64,000 bases of DNA from Haliotis rufescens (taxonomy: Eukaryota): NCBI RefSeq assembly GCF_023055435.1, contig NW_025963957.1:6820001-6884000 (forward strand). Reading direction: 5' to 3'. The position numbers and the translations under genes are program-made. Within the stretch, counting starts at the first letter, position 1. Each line of letters begins with the position of its first letter. Shown piece after piece: positions 63,078-64,000 of the stretch. The notes beneath the pieces were generated by a model that did no database searches, was not told the origin of the DNA, and worked only from the letters and a program-made list of their open reading frames with translations.

Positions 63078-64000
63078 GTAGGGACGGAGAGAATGGTTCA
63101 TGTTCAAGGATGACCTCAGGTAGGGAGGGAGAGATTGGTTCATGTTCAAGGATGACCTCAGGTAGTGAGGGAGAGATTGGTTCATGTTCAAGGATGCCCT
63201 CAGGTAGGGAGGGAGAGATTGGTTCATGTTCAAGGATGACCTCAGGTAGGGAGGGAGAGATTGGTTCATGTTCAAGATTGAACTCAGGTAGGGAGGGAGA
63301 GATTGGTTCATGTTCAAGGATGACCTCAGGTAGGGAGGGAGAGATTGGTTCATGTTCAAGAACGAACTCAGGTAGGGAGGGAGAGATTGGTTCATGTTCA
63401 AGGATGACCTCAGGTAGGGAGGGAGAGATTGGTTCATGTTCAAGGATGACCTCAGGTAGGGAGGGAGAGATTGGTTCATGTTCAAGGATGACCTCAGGTT
63501 GGTTCATGTTCAAGGATGCCTTCAGGTAGTGAGGGAGAGATTGGTTCATGTTCAAGGATGACCTCAGGTTGGTTCATGTTCAAGATTGAACTCAGGTAGG
63601 GAGGGAGAGATTGGTTCATGTTCAAGGATGACCTCAGGTAGGGAGGGAGAGATTGGTTCATGTTCAAGGATGACCTCAGGTAGTGAGGGAGAGATTGGTT
63701 CATGTTCAAGGATGACCTCAGGTAGGGAGGGAGAGATTGGTTCATGTTCAAGGATGGCCTCAGGTTGGTTCATGTTCAAGGATGCCCTCAGGTAGGGAGG
63801 GAGAGATTGGTTCATGTTCAAGGATGACCTCAGGTAGGGAGGGAGAGATTGATTCATGTTCAAGGATGACCTCAGGTAGTGAGGGAGAGATTGGTTCATG
63901 TTCAAGAACGAACTCAGGTAGGGAGGGAGAGATTGGTTCATGTTCAAGGATGACCTCAGGTAGGGAGGGAGAGATTGGTTCATGTTCAAGGATGACCTCA
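63061..64000 (+). repeat. 42-bp (some 28-bp) minisatellite copying a TUBGCP2 exon end and donor, about 23 copies, runs off the window
   Basis: TTCAAGGATGACCTCAG|GTAGGGAGGGAGAGATTGGTTCATG. Confidence 0.97.

Overview
Eukaryotic, intron-rich animal genomic DNA. The SINE families with (GAGT)n/(CAAA)n tails suggest a gastropod mollusc such as abalone (inference). Four spliced protein-coding genes were rebuilt by hand with consistent intron phases: the 3' part of URB1/NPA1 (+, 1-11295), a complete CXorf65/C22orf15-family gene (-, 13398-19016), complete TMEM138 (-, 27099-33695) and the 5' 21 coding exons of TUBGCP2 (+, 40797-63077, continuing past the window). TUBGCP2 has two AT-AC U12-type introns. 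The rest is SINEs, a decayed Tc1 transposon, nested hAT-like and other MITEs, Penelope-like palindromes with degenerate hammerhead-ribozyme motifs, an L2 fragment and about 20 minisatellites. The most striking pattern is that at least seven tandem arrays or duplications copy the exon-intron boundary itself, placing from 1 to 54 extra donor or acceptor sites next to the functional site. An eighth abuts a U12 branch point. Most long ORFs in the supplied track are artefacts of these repeats.
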